Shown here in pieces: positions 49,206 to 59,282 of a stretch of DNA of 64,000 bases. Under the pieces are notes generated by a model. The model worked only from the letters and a program-made list of their open reading frames with translations, was not told the DNA's origin and made no database searches. Made by a program: the position numbers and the translations under genes. The stretch covers positions 215,750-279,749 of the IMG/VR virus record IMGVR_UViG_3300028591_005215; one strand, given 5' to 3'. The first letter of the stretch is position 1. Every line of letters starts with the position of its first letter. The stretch is from a virus (taxonomy: Duplodnaviria; Caudoviricetes).

Positions 49206-49904
49206 ATGAAAAAGAAAATCATCAAACTCACAGAGCGGGATGTTCATAACATGGTTAATGCTGTTGTGCATCGTGTGCTGAATGAAGCTGTAGGTGGCTT
49301 AAAGACTGGTTATGAACAGGATATTGTCAACTATATAAAGTCATTCGGTCATAAAGGTAAGCTGCCTAACTATGAAGGCCGTTTAATTGACGCATACGGC
49401 CCTTATATGGAAGAAGCATATAATTGGGCTTGCAAGAGTACTGATGGGGTACAGAGGGACGGATTTGCATTCTTTAAGAGACACTTCAGTATTGATATAG
49501 TTGGTAGATTCAATTATAATAAACGTGGTCTTATATATGTTGAACGAAATATAGACATTGATACCAATCAGGAAATAAATGAATTGGGATTTAAATCAAT
49601 TGGTGAATGCTGGTCATGGAAAAAGAATAATGCTTCCAGTTATTGTTCAAACCATTCAATATTGAATAATGGAGTTACAACAGTTACAATATGTGGATAT
49701 GTTCATCCAGATTCAATTAATTGGCTGGAGACAATTTATATCAATTCATATGAAATGGCAAATGAAACGGAGATTAGAATGAATAACAATGCTACGGTTG
49801 AATGTGGTTATATTCTAATTGGTGGAAGGAAATTCCCAATGGGAGGAACATACTTGATTGATGCAAGTGCAGACAAATATAACCCAAATAGAAAAGATTG
49901 GTAA
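49206..49904 (+). CDS. Protein with LTExD leader and unknown C-terminal domain
   Basis: KKKIIKLTERDVHNMVNAVVHRVLNE. Confidence 0.7.
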   Translation: MKKKIIKLTERDVHNMVNAVVHRVLNEAVGGLKTGYEQDIVNYIKSFGHKGKLPNYEGRLIDAYGPYMEEAYNWACKSTDGVQRDGFAFFKRHFSIDIVGRFNYNKRGLIYVERNIDIDTNQEINELGFKSIGECWSWKKNNASSYCSNHSILNNGVTTVTICGYVHPDSINWLETIYINSYEMANETEIRMNNNATVECGYILIGGRKFPMGGTYLIDASADKYNPNRKDW

Positions 49905-49924
49905 TATTGAGAAATACATCTTAG

Positions 49925-50095
49925 ATGGTAAAAGACATTATATTAACAGTGATATCAATCACATTTATATTTGTTGCTGCACTTAATATATGGACACCAT
50001 ATGTTGAGGGTAATGCAATTGATGTTGCTTTCTGGTTCACTGGAATAATATGTTGTCTATCATATATGGCAAAAATAATTAAAAAATATGGATAA
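49925..50095 (+). CDS. Small two-TM membrane protein (56 aa, absent from the ORF track)
   Basis: MVKDIILTVISITFIFVAALNIW..VAFWFTGIICCLSYMAKIIKKYG. Confidence 0.5.
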   Translation: MVKDIILTVISITFIFVAALNIWTPYVEGNAIDVAFWFTGIICCLSYMAKIIKKYG

Positions 50096-50236
50096 AAAAA
50101 TATAAGTAGGTGAATATACTAGTCTAAAAGCCTAAACGTAAACCTTTTAATTCCCCTCTTTTTGAATAAATGCAATAACGGGAATTGGCTGTCAACGTAT
50201 GGATGGACGTTCCATTGCGTGGTTATTTTTAAATGG

Positions 50237-50270
50237 TAAGGTGGTAAATTAATACCACCTTAATTTTTTT
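50237..50270 (+). terminator. Intrinsic terminator
   Basis: taaggtggta..taccacctta followed by T-run. Confidence 0.75.
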
Positions 50271-50318
50271 ATATTTCGTAAATATTTACTTGTAATAACA
50301 ATTATTAATAAAGAATTT

Positions 50319-50516
50319 ATGGAATATATAAAAACAACGGATAACATTGAGTTATCAAAAAATGGCTATGAAGATGATTTAGAATTTACTTTGACATTGT
50401 ATGATAAATACGGCCATTATGATACGGAGGTTAAACTTACGAAAATACAAGCATTTGATATTTTAGAAGGGTTGAAAGAAGAAGAGGATGAATTCACTAA
50501 TCTAATGGACCAATAA
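50319..50516 (+). CDS. Small acidic hypothetical protein
   Basis: 65-aa ORF. Confidence 0.5.
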   Translation: MEYIKTTDNIELSKNGYEDDLEFTLTLYDKYGHYDTEVKLTKIQAFDILEGLKEEEDEFTNLMDQ

Positions 50517-50533
50517 CATAATTTATTTAAATA

Positions 50534-50929
50534 ATGAGCAAAAAAAATGAAAACGGTTATTTAACACCGACACAAGTATTTTTGAGGGCGATTAAGGAAA
50601 CTAATAACTATTATTATTTTCTTAACTTAGCCATAGAAAAAAATAGTAAACTGCAAAATAATCCACATTATAGGTCAGATGATTATAGGCTTATACCTTT
50701 ACATAACAAAGACTTTATTTGGAAGGTTATGTGTAATTATTGTGTATCTTTATCAGAAGCATTTATGTTTTTTTTAAGCGGTTGGCAATCGTGGACATGG
50801 CAATATGCAGATTATGTTAGGCGAGTAAAGCAATGTAGAAAATGGGTTCGTGATAATGTTAAATCAGGATATCTCAAACGTGGAAGTCGTGGGGCTACAA
50901 AAATATTGTTTGAATGGAAAAATAAATAA
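50534..50929 (+). CDS. Hypothetical protein
   Basis: 131-aa ORF. Confidence 0.55.
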   Translation: MSKKNENGYLTPTQVFLRAIKETNNYYYFLNLAIEKNSKLQNNPHYRSDDYRLIPLHNKDFIWKVMCNYCVSLSEAFMFFLSGWQSWTWQYADYVRRVKQCRKWVRDNVKSGYLKRGSRGATKILFEWKNK

Positions 50930-51339
50930 TGGGGAAGATTATTGTTTATAATTGTAAAAACGAAGACCATACATCTGATAAAAATAATTTCTACATAGGT
51001 AGAAGTAAAAGTGGAAATCCTTTAGGTAATCCATTTGGTGTTGGTGGTAAAAGACCATCACTTGCTAAAATGACATTTCCGACAAGGGATGAAGCAATTG
51101 ATGCTTATAAACTATATTTCGAAGCGATGTATGGTAAAGACCCTTCTTTAACTGTTGCATTTGATGAAATCTATGAACATTATAGAAATGGTGAAGATGT
51201 CTATTTGCAATGCTTCTGCAAGCCTTTAAGATGCCACGGTGATGTGATAGCTGAAGAACTACAAAAGAAGCTTGTAAAAGAAAAAATAGAAGAAATGAAA
51301 AGTAAAAAATCTAATAGCGAAAAAGCAGATAAGTCTTAG
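50929..51339 (+). CDS. DUF4326-family protein
   Basis: YIGR..LGNPF..CFCKPLRCHGDVI. Confidence 0.8.
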   Translation: MGKIIVYNCKNEDHTSDKNNFYIGRSKSGNPLGNPFGVGGKRPSLAKMTFPTRDEAIDAYKLYFEAMYGKDPSLTVAFDEIYEHYRNGEDVYLQCFCKPLRCHGDVIAEELQKKLVKEKIEEMKSKKSNSEKADKS

Positions 51340-51357
51340 TACTTGTCTGCTTTTTTT
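51320..51357 (+). terminator. Intrinsic terminator
   Basis: aaaaagcagataagt..acttgtctgctttttt. Confidence 0.7.
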
Positions 51358-51521
51358 ATTTTTTAACATTTTGGCAAAAAACTGCATATTATAGTTTCCT
51401 AAAGATAGTAAGTCTTTATTAGTAAGTATTGGTAAATATTCTTTTATTAAAGATATTTATTATTGAAAAAAAATAATCAAGCAAATTTTTATTTGCTTTT
51501 CTTAAATACTTTTTAGTAAAA

Positions 51522-54500
51522 ATGACTTCAAATGTTAAAAGGCACGTGAGTTTACCTAAAAGCAGTAAAGAAGGTGCAAAACCAAGCACTGATGATTTAT
51601 TTTACGGTGAATTAGCAGTAAACTATGCAAAAGGAAAAGAATTCTTATCATTAAAGAATTCTGGAAATGAAATTGTTACACTTCAATTTAATGATAAAGG
51701 TTTTGGTAAAGTAGGTGGTGATAGTGGGGGTGATGTTTCTGCTACTACTAATTACGATAAATTTACAATTGAAGGCGGTAGTTCAATTGGTACATCCACT
51801 GATACCACGAATAAAAAAATAATAATAGCACATGACAGTTATACGTTAGGCGCTCCATCAACAAGTGTATCAAATGTTAGCAGTCTTGGTGGAACGTTCA
51901 CCGCATTGACAAATGTGTCTGTCAACAGCACAGGTCATTTAACTGCAACAACTGCAACAACATATACAATTACACACCCTAAAGAAGCATCTGCCACATC
52001 TGACGGTGATGCTACATTAAATTATAGTGGGGGAAGTGCAAATACCGTTACAACAATAGTTAGGGATGGCTCTGGGCATGTTACAACATATAAATATAAT
52101 ACTATTAAATTACCAGAACTTGATGTTTCTACAACAGGTAACGGTAATGTTGTGACAAGTGTGAGTAGGAATGGTAATTCAATTACTGCATCTAAAGACC
52201 TGTCAGCTTTAACAGGTGTTACAACTGGTGGTACTGCTACACATAATGTTGTTTCGAACGTTGAAAAAAATGGGGGTGATATTAAAGTCACATATTCAAA
52301 CGTAGAATACCCAAATATTACGGCTACTACTTCTGGTAGTGGAAATGCTATAACAAATATATCAGCTACAGGACATTCAATAATTGCAGCAAAGGGTACT
52401 ACATTTGCTTTGACAGATGATTTAGTTTGGGAAAAAGGAAGTGGCAGTAATAGTGCTGTTCTAAAAAATAGTAATTCCGTTGCAAGCGCAGAATTTGCTG
52501 TTGCAGAAGGTCGTAATACAAAAGCATCAGGAACCCATTCTCATGCTGAAGGCTATTATACAACTGCAAGTGATGAATATTCTCACGCTGAAGGTGATTT
52601 CACAAAAGCGCTTTCACTAAGTTCTCATGCAGAAGGTTCTTCTACGACTGCATCAGGATTATATTCTCATGCTGAAGGGGACCATGCAACTGCATCAGGA
52701 AGCTATTCTCATGCTGAAGGTTCTTTTACAACTGCATCAGGAGAGAATGCACATACTGAAGGTTATAAAACATTGGCATCAGGGTTGGGGTCTCATGCTG
52801 AAGGCAGTGGCACAACAGCAACAAGTTACGCATCTCATGCAGAAGGCTATCATACAAAAGCATCAGGAAGCTATTCGCATGCAGAAGGTATGTTGAACAA
52901 TGCTATAGGTCGATATTCTCATGCTGAAGGCGGTGGCGAAAAGAAAGATGAGAATGGGGCTCTAATATATTTAACAAATGTTGCTAGTGGTGATTCTTCT
53001 CATGCTGAGGGTCAAAGCAATAGTGCAACAAGCGATGCATCCCATGCTGAAGGCTATAGTACATTAGCAATCGGTAAATATTCTCATGCAGAAGGAAGCT
53101 ATACAAGAGCTTCAGGAAATAGCTCTCATGCTGAAGGCACCAGCACAACAGGGTCAGGATACTATTCTCACGCAGAAGGAAGCTATACAACAGCATCAGG
53201 AAGCTATTCACATGCAGAAGGTGACAGCACAAAAGCTTCGGGAAGTTGCTCTCACGCAGAAGGCTATAATACAACAGCGTCAGGAGATTACTCTCACGCA
53301 GAAGGACATAACACAAAAGCAAGTAGCCAATATTCTCATGCTGAAGGTGACAGCACAAAAGCTTCAGGAAGTTGCTCTCACGCAGAAGGAAGTTATACAA
53401 CAGCGTCAGGAGATTCTTCTCATGCTGAAGGGCAAACTACAAAAGCTTTAGGAAGATATTCTCATGCTGAAGGAAGCTATGCAACAGCTAGTGGTAGTTC
53501 TTCTCATGCAGAAGGTGACAGCACAAAAGCTTCAGGAAGCTATTCACATGCTGAGGGGTATTTTACAGAAGCATCAGGGACTTACTCTCATGCTGAGGGT
53601 TATTATACAGAATCATCAGGGTGGCGCTCTCATGCAGAAGGTGGGGAAACAACTGCAAGTGGCCAATATTCTCATGCAGAAGGTTCTGGTACAACAGGGT
53701 CAGGATACTATTCTCACGCAGAAGGCTATAATACAACAGCTAGTGGTAGTCCTTCTCACGCTGAAGGTCATAACACAAGTGCTACAAATTATACATCTCA
53801 TGCAGAAGGTTCAGATACAAAAGCTTCGGGAAGATGTTCCCACGCAGAAGGTCAAAACACTAGTGCAACAAGTGATGCATCTCATGCAGAAGGCAGAAGT
53901 ACAACAGCTTCAGGAAGCGGTTCTCATGCAGAAGGTTATGCAACAGAAACAATAGGTGAATATTCACATGCTGAAGGTAGCGGTACAACTGCATCAGGAA
54001 GCAGCTCTCATGCTGAAGGGTATTGCACAAGTGCCACAACGACATATGCACATGCTGAAGGAAATAAAACATTAGCGTCAGGTACAGAAGCACACGCTGA
54101 AGGTGAAGTTACTGTGGCAAGTGGTCCTACTTCGCATGCAGAAGGTGCTGGAACAAAAGCAACTGGAAATAATGCGCATGCTGAAGGTATGTCAACACTA
54201 TCAAGTGGCTCTCAAGCGCATGCGGAGGGTTGGGCAACGGAAGCATCAGGTGAAGGGTCTCATACAGAAGGTGGAAAAAGTGCAGCAAGTGGTCTCTATT
54301 CTCACGCTGAAGGTGCTGATACGAAAGCATCAGAAACTTGTGCGCATGCTGAAGGAAATGTGACAAAAGCATTAGGAACTGCATCTCATGCTGAAGGGTC
54401 TGAGACAGAAGCAAGTGGCCCTAATACTCACGCAGAAGGTTATAAAACAGAAGCAACGGGAAGTAGTTCTCATTCAGAAGGTAATGGAAGCAAAGCATCA

Positions 54501-55214
54501 GGAGAGAATGCACATGCTGAAGGCTATAATACAAAAGCTATTGGAGAAGCTTCTCATGCATCTGGTATAGAAACAATCGCACAAGGCGTTGCGCAAACTG
54601 TTGTTGGAAGATGGAATTCATCTAATACTGATGATGCATTTATTGTAGGTAATGGTGATGAAAACACAAGGCATAATAGCTTCAGTGTATCAAATAACGG
54701 CTCTGTTAATATTCATGATGGGCTTCTTAAATTTGATAAAAGCCAAAGTGCAAATTTCACAATTTTTGGACATGATGCAAGTGAAACATTTTATGCTGCA
54801 AGAAATAACAGTAAATCTATAAGATTAACAATTCACCCAACTACAGTAACAGATAGTAACCCAGTTAATAGTCTTTTAGTGTCATCAGGATATACTGAAT
54901 CTCAAAAACAAGTAAGTGCCCCAGCATTCTACGCATCATCAGATGTTAGATTAAAAGAGAATATACATAATGTAACTGATGAAAGTATTAATAAGGTTTC
55001 TAATGTAGATTTAAAGGAATTTAATTTTATTGGAAAAGATACTGAAAAATATGGTGTAATAGCTCAGGAAGTAGAAAATGCAGGGCTTAGTAATTTAGTA
55101 TCAACAAATTCAGAAGGGTACAAGTCAGTTGATTATACGTCATTATTAATCTTGAAAATAGCACAGCTTGAAAAAGAACTTGCTGAATTAAGAAAACAAA
55201 TTAATGAGAAATAA
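51522..55214 (+). CDS. Tail fibre/adhesin with YadA-like head repeats and C-terminal S74 intramolecular chaperone
   Basis: N-terminal GELAVNY; tandem 14-aa SHAEGxxTxASGxx repeats; SSDVRLKENI..GVIAQEV..VDY plus coiled coil. Confidence 0.85.
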   Translation: MTSNVKRHVSLPKSSKEGAKPSTDDLFYGELAVNYAKGKEFLSLKNSGNEIVTLQFNDKGFGKVGGDSGGDVSATTNYDKFTIEGGSSIGTSTDTTNKKIIIAHDSYTLGAPSTSVSNVSSLGGTFTALTNVSVNSTGHLTATTATTYTITHPKEASATSDGDATLNYSGGSANTVTTIVRDGSGHVTTYKYNTIKLPELDVSTTGNGNVVTSVSRNGNSITASKDLSALTGVTTGGTATHNVVSNVEKNGGDIKVTYSNVEYPNITATTSGSGNAITNISATGHSIIAAKGTTFALTDDLVWEKGSGSNSAVLKNSNSVASAEFAVAEGRNTKASGTHSHAEGYYTTASDEYSHAEGDFTKALSLSSHAEGSSTTASGLYSHAEGDHATASGSYSHAEGSFTTASGENAHTEGYKTLASGLGSHAEGSGTTATSYASHAEGYHTKASGSYSHAEGMLNNAIGRYSHAEGGGEKKDENGALIYLTNVASGDSSHAEGQSNSATSDASHAEGYSTLAIGKYSHAEGSYTRASGNSSHAEGTSTTGSGYYSHAEGSYTTASGSYSHAEGDSTKASGSCSHAEGYNTTASGDYSHAEGHNTKASSQYSHAEGDSTKASGSCSHAEGSYTTASGDSSHAEGQTTKALGRYSHAEGSYATASGSSSHAEGDSTKASGSYSHAEGYFTEASGTYSHAEGYYTESSGWRSHAEGGETTASGQYSHAEGSGTTGSGYYSHAEGYNTTASGSPSHAEGHNTSATNYTSHAEGSDTKASGRCSHAEGQNTSATSDASHAEGRSTTASGSGSHAEGYATETIGEYSHAEGSGTTASGSSSHAEGYCTSATTTYAHAEGNKTLASGTEAHAEGEVTVASGPTSHAEGAGTKATGNNAHAEGMSTLSSGSQAHAEGWATEASGEGSHTEGGKSAASGLYSHAEGADTKASETCAHAEGNVTKALGTASHAEGSETEASGPNTHAEGYKTEATGSSSHSEGNGSKASGENAHAEGYNTKAIGEASHASGIETIAQGVAQTVVGRWNSSNTDDAFIVGNGDENTRHNSFSVSNNGSVNIHDGLLKFDKSQSANFTIFGHDASETFYAARNNSKSIRLTIHPTTVTDSNPVNSLLVSSGYTESQKQVSAPAFYASSDVRLKENIHNVTDESINKVSNVDLKEFNFIGKDTEKYGVIAQEVENAGLSNLVSTNSEGYKSVDYTSLLILKIAQLEKELAELRKQINEK
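52490..54570 (+). repeat. 42-nt coding tandem repeat (roughly 45-50 units)
   Basis: Recurring tctcatgc(a/t)gaagg with 42-nt period. Confidence 0.9.
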
Positions 55215-55227
55215 AAAAAACATTAAT

Positions 55228-58212
55228 ATGGCAAAAAAAATAGCAAGTATACAAGATATTATTAAAATTGGGGGTGTTGTGATAGACACCCCTAATTTAA
55301 ACTTATGCCCAACTTATTCCGAATGGACAAGTGGAAAATATATGAAATATGGTACAGGTGATTCATGTGTAGAAATAACTGCCCATACCATTAGTGAATC
55401 TAACGTATCATATGACTCAAATGAGTTAGTAGCAATTGATGATTTTATATATCACCAAGCATCAACTGAACCTGATAAGTATATCTTAAGCGTTGATAAC
55501 ATTGATTATGATATAGTATATAGTGGTGACACAATATCACTAAATGTTACATCACAAAAAATATCAAATGGCGAAATAATAAATTTGGGTAAAGAATCAA
55601 TTGAAATAGATTATGATGCAGATTGGATTGTTGGCTATAGTATTAATGAATTCCCAACTGTTAAGTTTACTATTGCTGAAAACTCCCTTTATGAAGATAG
55701 GACTGATTGGATAGAGTTTAAGCAAGTAGATGAAGGTGTGCAACGAAACAGTGAAAGAGTAAGCATAACACAGAAAGCAGCGCCTGATAAGTACATCTTA
55801 AGTGTTGGTAGTGTTGGTCATGATATATCATACAGTGGGGATGTTATATCGTTAGTAGTAACATCGCAAAAGATATCAAGTAATGGAAAAGCCGATTTGG
55901 GTAAAGAATCAATTGAGGTAAACTATGTTGCAGATTGGATTAAGAGTTATGATATGAGTGAATTCCCAACCGTTAAGTTTACCATTAATGAAAATTCATC
56001 TTATGAGGAAAGGACTGATTGGATAGAATTTAGACAAGTAGACGGTGGCTTGCAACGAAATAGCGAAACCGTATATATAACACAAGAAGCAGCGCCTGAT
56101 AAGTATAGTCTATATTTTGAAAATGTTAGTTCAATTGGGTACGAGTCAAAAACTTTATTTGCAATTGCATCATCATTCGAAAATACAAAAAATGGGTCGG
56201 ATTTTGGTGAAAGTGCATTAACGTTTACAGCAGATAAACAATGGGTTAATAATATAACTTTTAATGGTGATTATCCAAGCACATTATATGCAGATATTAG
56301 TGAAAATACAGAAAAGGATGATAGAGTTGTAACTATAACTGTTTTGCAGAAAGATAATGGTGAAATAAAGAACAGTAAATCATTTACAATTACACAGGCT
56401 GCTAAACCAGCTGACGTTTATGTATTCGAAAATACTAATGATTGGTATAGTGATTTTAACGGTGAAAGTGGTGAATTTGAATTTACGTATATTTCAACAA
56501 AGAATGGGGAATATTTTGACAATGTAAATACAGCTGTTAATGTCAGTTGGGCTAGGGTTAAACGAACCTATCAGAAAGATACTACAACATTAGCTGTTGT
56601 GTTAGAATATGATTCATATAATTCAGATACTACTGATTCCAGAAAAGGCAACTTAGTCGTTACGCAAAATGAAAGCATGATAGAATCAACAATGGAATTC
56701 ACACAAGAACCTATTGTTGGAACTTATGAATTCGATGTAAGTTTATACGATGGCAGTAGTGGGGTAGAATCATTAATTCGTAAAATTAGTGATAGTGACA
56801 CGTTTAAATTAGTAACAAATAGCAACTACGGTGGGCGAAGATATGCTTCTTATAAACTTGATTTCAATTCTAAAAAAATAATAAATGAAACATCTTATAA
56901 TAATAAGCTTACGATGAATTTAAGTGCAAATTATTATGATTTTGCATATGAAATTATCGCAACTGGGATTTATGCACAAGGTGAATGTTTTTATGATAGT
57001 GAGTTTGCTCATCAAGGTGAATGGTATGATTATGTTGTAATTAATTTTGATGATAATAATGAAAGTGGCAACACATTTGACCCAACGCCTTATGAAAACA
57101 AAACATATGGTACTAATAATCAATTTAAAATAAATAGTTACAAAAAGCACCCAAATCATAATTGGTGGGTAGCGAATAATATTGACATTACATTTGATTC
57201 AAGTGATTATTTAGGGCCTACGGATGAAATGCAGGATAGATTTGAAATTTACTTTGGAAATGACGAATTGCTGCATCCAAGTACATGCCGTTTAACATTT
57301 ACGCAAGAGGGTAGTAATAAAACAAAATCATTATTATTAACACCAGATGATTCACTTGGGCACATTGATTTTGCAATTTATCATATAACAGATTCTTATG
57401 AGAAACAAGTTTATGTTATTCAGGATGGAGCTGTTGAATATAGTGCAACTTCATGGTATGATACAAGTTATCAATTAAAGGCAACTTTTGAAAAGGATGG
57501 TATTTCAACACCGTTAACGGTAGATGAAATTACTGTTAATGAAAGTGGTGCACTATATATGACGCCTGATGGTACATACAAGAAATTAAATGTGACTTTG
57601 TATCCTGTTAATAATAAACCTGGGTATTTTACTTTCAAAGTTGATGGATTAGTAAGGAGAAACTTATATGTAGCAAAAGAGAGCGAATTAAGGCAAACAG
57701 TAGAAATACCTGATACAGACGACTCAATGGCAGTTAAATTTGGCTTTACTGGTGTAAAAAATGAACAAACAGGCTATACATATTTTACGGTCGTCCAAGA
57801 TTCAGATTACTATGTTATAGGTGATAGTCTTTTATTGAATGGCGAAGATGGAAGGCAAATAGTGCCACCTGCATCTATGGCTTACACTGTGCCTTTTGGT
57901 TATGATATTGCAAAATATCCAATTGGTATTACATATAACGTGTTTTATACTGAGCGCAACGATAGAGGTCAACTGATATACCTTAAAAAGAAAATGGGTG
58001 ATGACAGAACTATTAGCATTAATAGTAGTAATTTGTATGAATTCAATACTGTTGTGTCATTTAATGAATTAGAGCCGTTAACAGAAGGCGGCAATATTTC
58101 TAAGCATTACTCAGCGTATTCTACAAAATTGGATTTAAGTAAAGTTCCTGAGTCATTCAAATGGAGATTTATAACTGAAGATGATGTAACTAAAGAAGTT
58201 GATAATAGATAA
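55228..58212 (+). CDS. BACON-like repeat protein
   Basis: Near-identical ~104-aa duplication (PDKYILSV..ADWI..VKFTI.EN..RTDWIEF.Q), 312-nt period from about 55471. Confidence 0.7.
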   Translation: MAKKIASIQDIIKIGGVVIDTPNLNLCPTYSEWTSGKYMKYGTGDSCVEITAHTISESNVSYDSNELVAIDDFIYHQASTEPDKYILSVDNIDYDIVYSGDTISLNVTSQKISNGEIINLGKESIEIDYDADWIVGYSINEFPTVKFTIAENSLYEDRTDWIEFKQVDEGVQRNSERVSITQKAAPDKYILSVGSVGHDISYSGDVISLVVTSQKISSNGKADLGKESIEVNYVADWIKSYDMSEFPTVKFTINENSSYEERTDWIEFRQVDGGLQRNSETVYITQEAAPDKYSLYFENVSSIGYESKTLFAIASSFENTKNGSDFGESALTFTADKQWVNNITFNGDYPSTLYADISENTEKDDRVVTITVLQKDNGEIKNSKSFTITQAAKPADVYVFENTNDWYSDFNGESGEFEFTYISTKNGEYFDNVNTAVNVSWARVKRTYQKDTTTLAVVLEYDSYNSDTTDSRKGNLVVTQNESMIESTMEFTQEPIVGTYEFDVSLYDGSSGVESLIRKISDSDTFKLVTNSNYGGRRYASYKLDFNSKKIINETSYNNKLTMNLSANYYDFAYEIIATGIYAQGECFYDSEFAHQGEWYDYVVINFDDNNESGNTFDPTPYENKTYGTNNQFKINSYKKHPNHNWWVANNIDITFDSSDYLGPTDEMQDRFEIYFGNDELLHPSTCRLTFTQEGSNKTKSLLLTPDDSLGHIDFAIYHITDSYEKQVYVIQDGAVEYSATSWYDTSYQLKATFEKDGISTPLTVDEITVNESGALYMTPDGTYKKLNVTLYPVNNKPGYFTFKVDGLVRRNLYVAKESELRQTVEIPDTDDSMAVKFGFTGVKNEQTGYTYFTVVQDSDYYVIGDSLLLNGEDGRQIVPPASMAYTVPFGYDIAKYPIGITYNVFYTERNDRGQLIYLKKKMGDDRTISINSSNLYEFNTVVSFNELEPLTEGGNISKHYSAYSTKLDLSKVPESFKWRFITEDDVTKEVDNR

Positions 58213-59267
58213 TGGAAAATAATATTAATTGGAGTGCTTCAGTTGAAGGTGGTAAACAATGGGTTCACATTGAGCCTTCAGCTAATACAAGTATGAAAGA
58301 TGCTAAAATTACAGTAGATGAAGGCATAGTTGATGAAGCGACAATAGTATTCACGCAAGATGGTAGTGGCAACGTTGAAAAAATCAAGGTTGTCGCTAAC
58401 ACCAAGCGTAATGACACGTATGATTATATGTTTTCACTAAGTAGTAGCAATATTGAATTTAAGAGTGGAGAAGAATCACCTGTAACTATATATGTGGATA
58501 GTTTATATAGTAAGAATAGTGGCGAATTAAAAAAATGTCCTTTTGAATTAATAGATGACAATTCAACTAATTTTAGTGTTAATTTGGATGGTGATGAAAT
58601 AATAGTGTTTCCATATAAAGACAACTTAACTGATGATGACATAATAGAATATTTTACGGTTAAGCAAATAACACAGGGTGGTGGCGTTCCTAAATCAATT
58701 AATTTAATGGTAGTTCAAAACCCAACAGTGCAAGAATCACCAGATGAACCAACACCAGATTACTCTTATTTACAAGATGACCATTATCTTAAATTTAGAA
58801 TTAATATTTCAGGTGGAAATTTTACACCTTATACTACTAATGTAGGTGCTTCTGATTTAGATAATTCAAAAATGGTTACAATTGAATTTGATAATTCTAA
58901 TGGTGATGCAATAGGAGGAATTGGTGGTACTGAACTTATGTGGCATAATGGTAGAAAAAAAATGCCTAATAATGAAGAATACTATACCTTACTTGAGTTG
59001 GAGAATGGATATACTGTTAAAGACATAAAAAGAATAATTTTTTGGATAGAAGAATCACTTGGTTCTCGCTCTGAATATGCTGTAGTTGTTAACCAAGGGT
59101 GGGCTACGTTTTATGGTAACGATATTGTATATGATGAATTAAAAGGGTATACCACATCATATAATGATATGGCAGATTTAACTCAAATATCAATACAAAC
59201 AACTTCTTCTAACTTTATTTGGCTAAATGGTGAAGATATAAGGTGCGTTAATATAAATTTGCTTTAA
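58212..59267 (+). CDS. BACON-like domain protein
   Basis: NWSASV..WVHIEPS..ITVD..IVFTQ N-terminus shared with the next ORF. Confidence 0.55.
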   Translation: MENNINWSASVEGGKQWVHIEPSANTSMKDAKITVDEGIVDEATIVFTQDGSGNVEKIKVVANTKRNDTYDYMFSLSSSNIEFKSGEESPVTIYVDSLYSKNSGELKKCPFELIDDNSTNFSVNLDGDEIIVFPYKDNLTDDDIIEYFTVKQITQGGGVPKSINLMVVQNPTVQESPDEPTPDYSYLQDDHYLKFRINISGGNFTPYTTNVGASDLDNSKMVTIEFDNSNGDAIGGIGGTELMWHNGRKKMPNNEEYYTLLELENGYTVKDIKRIIFWIEESLGSRSEYAVVVNQGWATFYGNDIVYDELKGYTTSYNDMADLTQISIQTTSSNFIWLNGEDIRCVNINLL

Positions 59268-59282
59268 AATTAATGGATAGGT

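Noticed and set aside
52490-54570. CRISPR array
   Set aside because: The repeats are in-frame 14-aa coding units of the tail fibre, degenerate at third positions, with no repeat-spacer structure
52022-54570. Multiple alternative-frame Leu/Gln/His-rich ORFs
   Set aside because: Shadow ORFs generated by the 42-nt repeat
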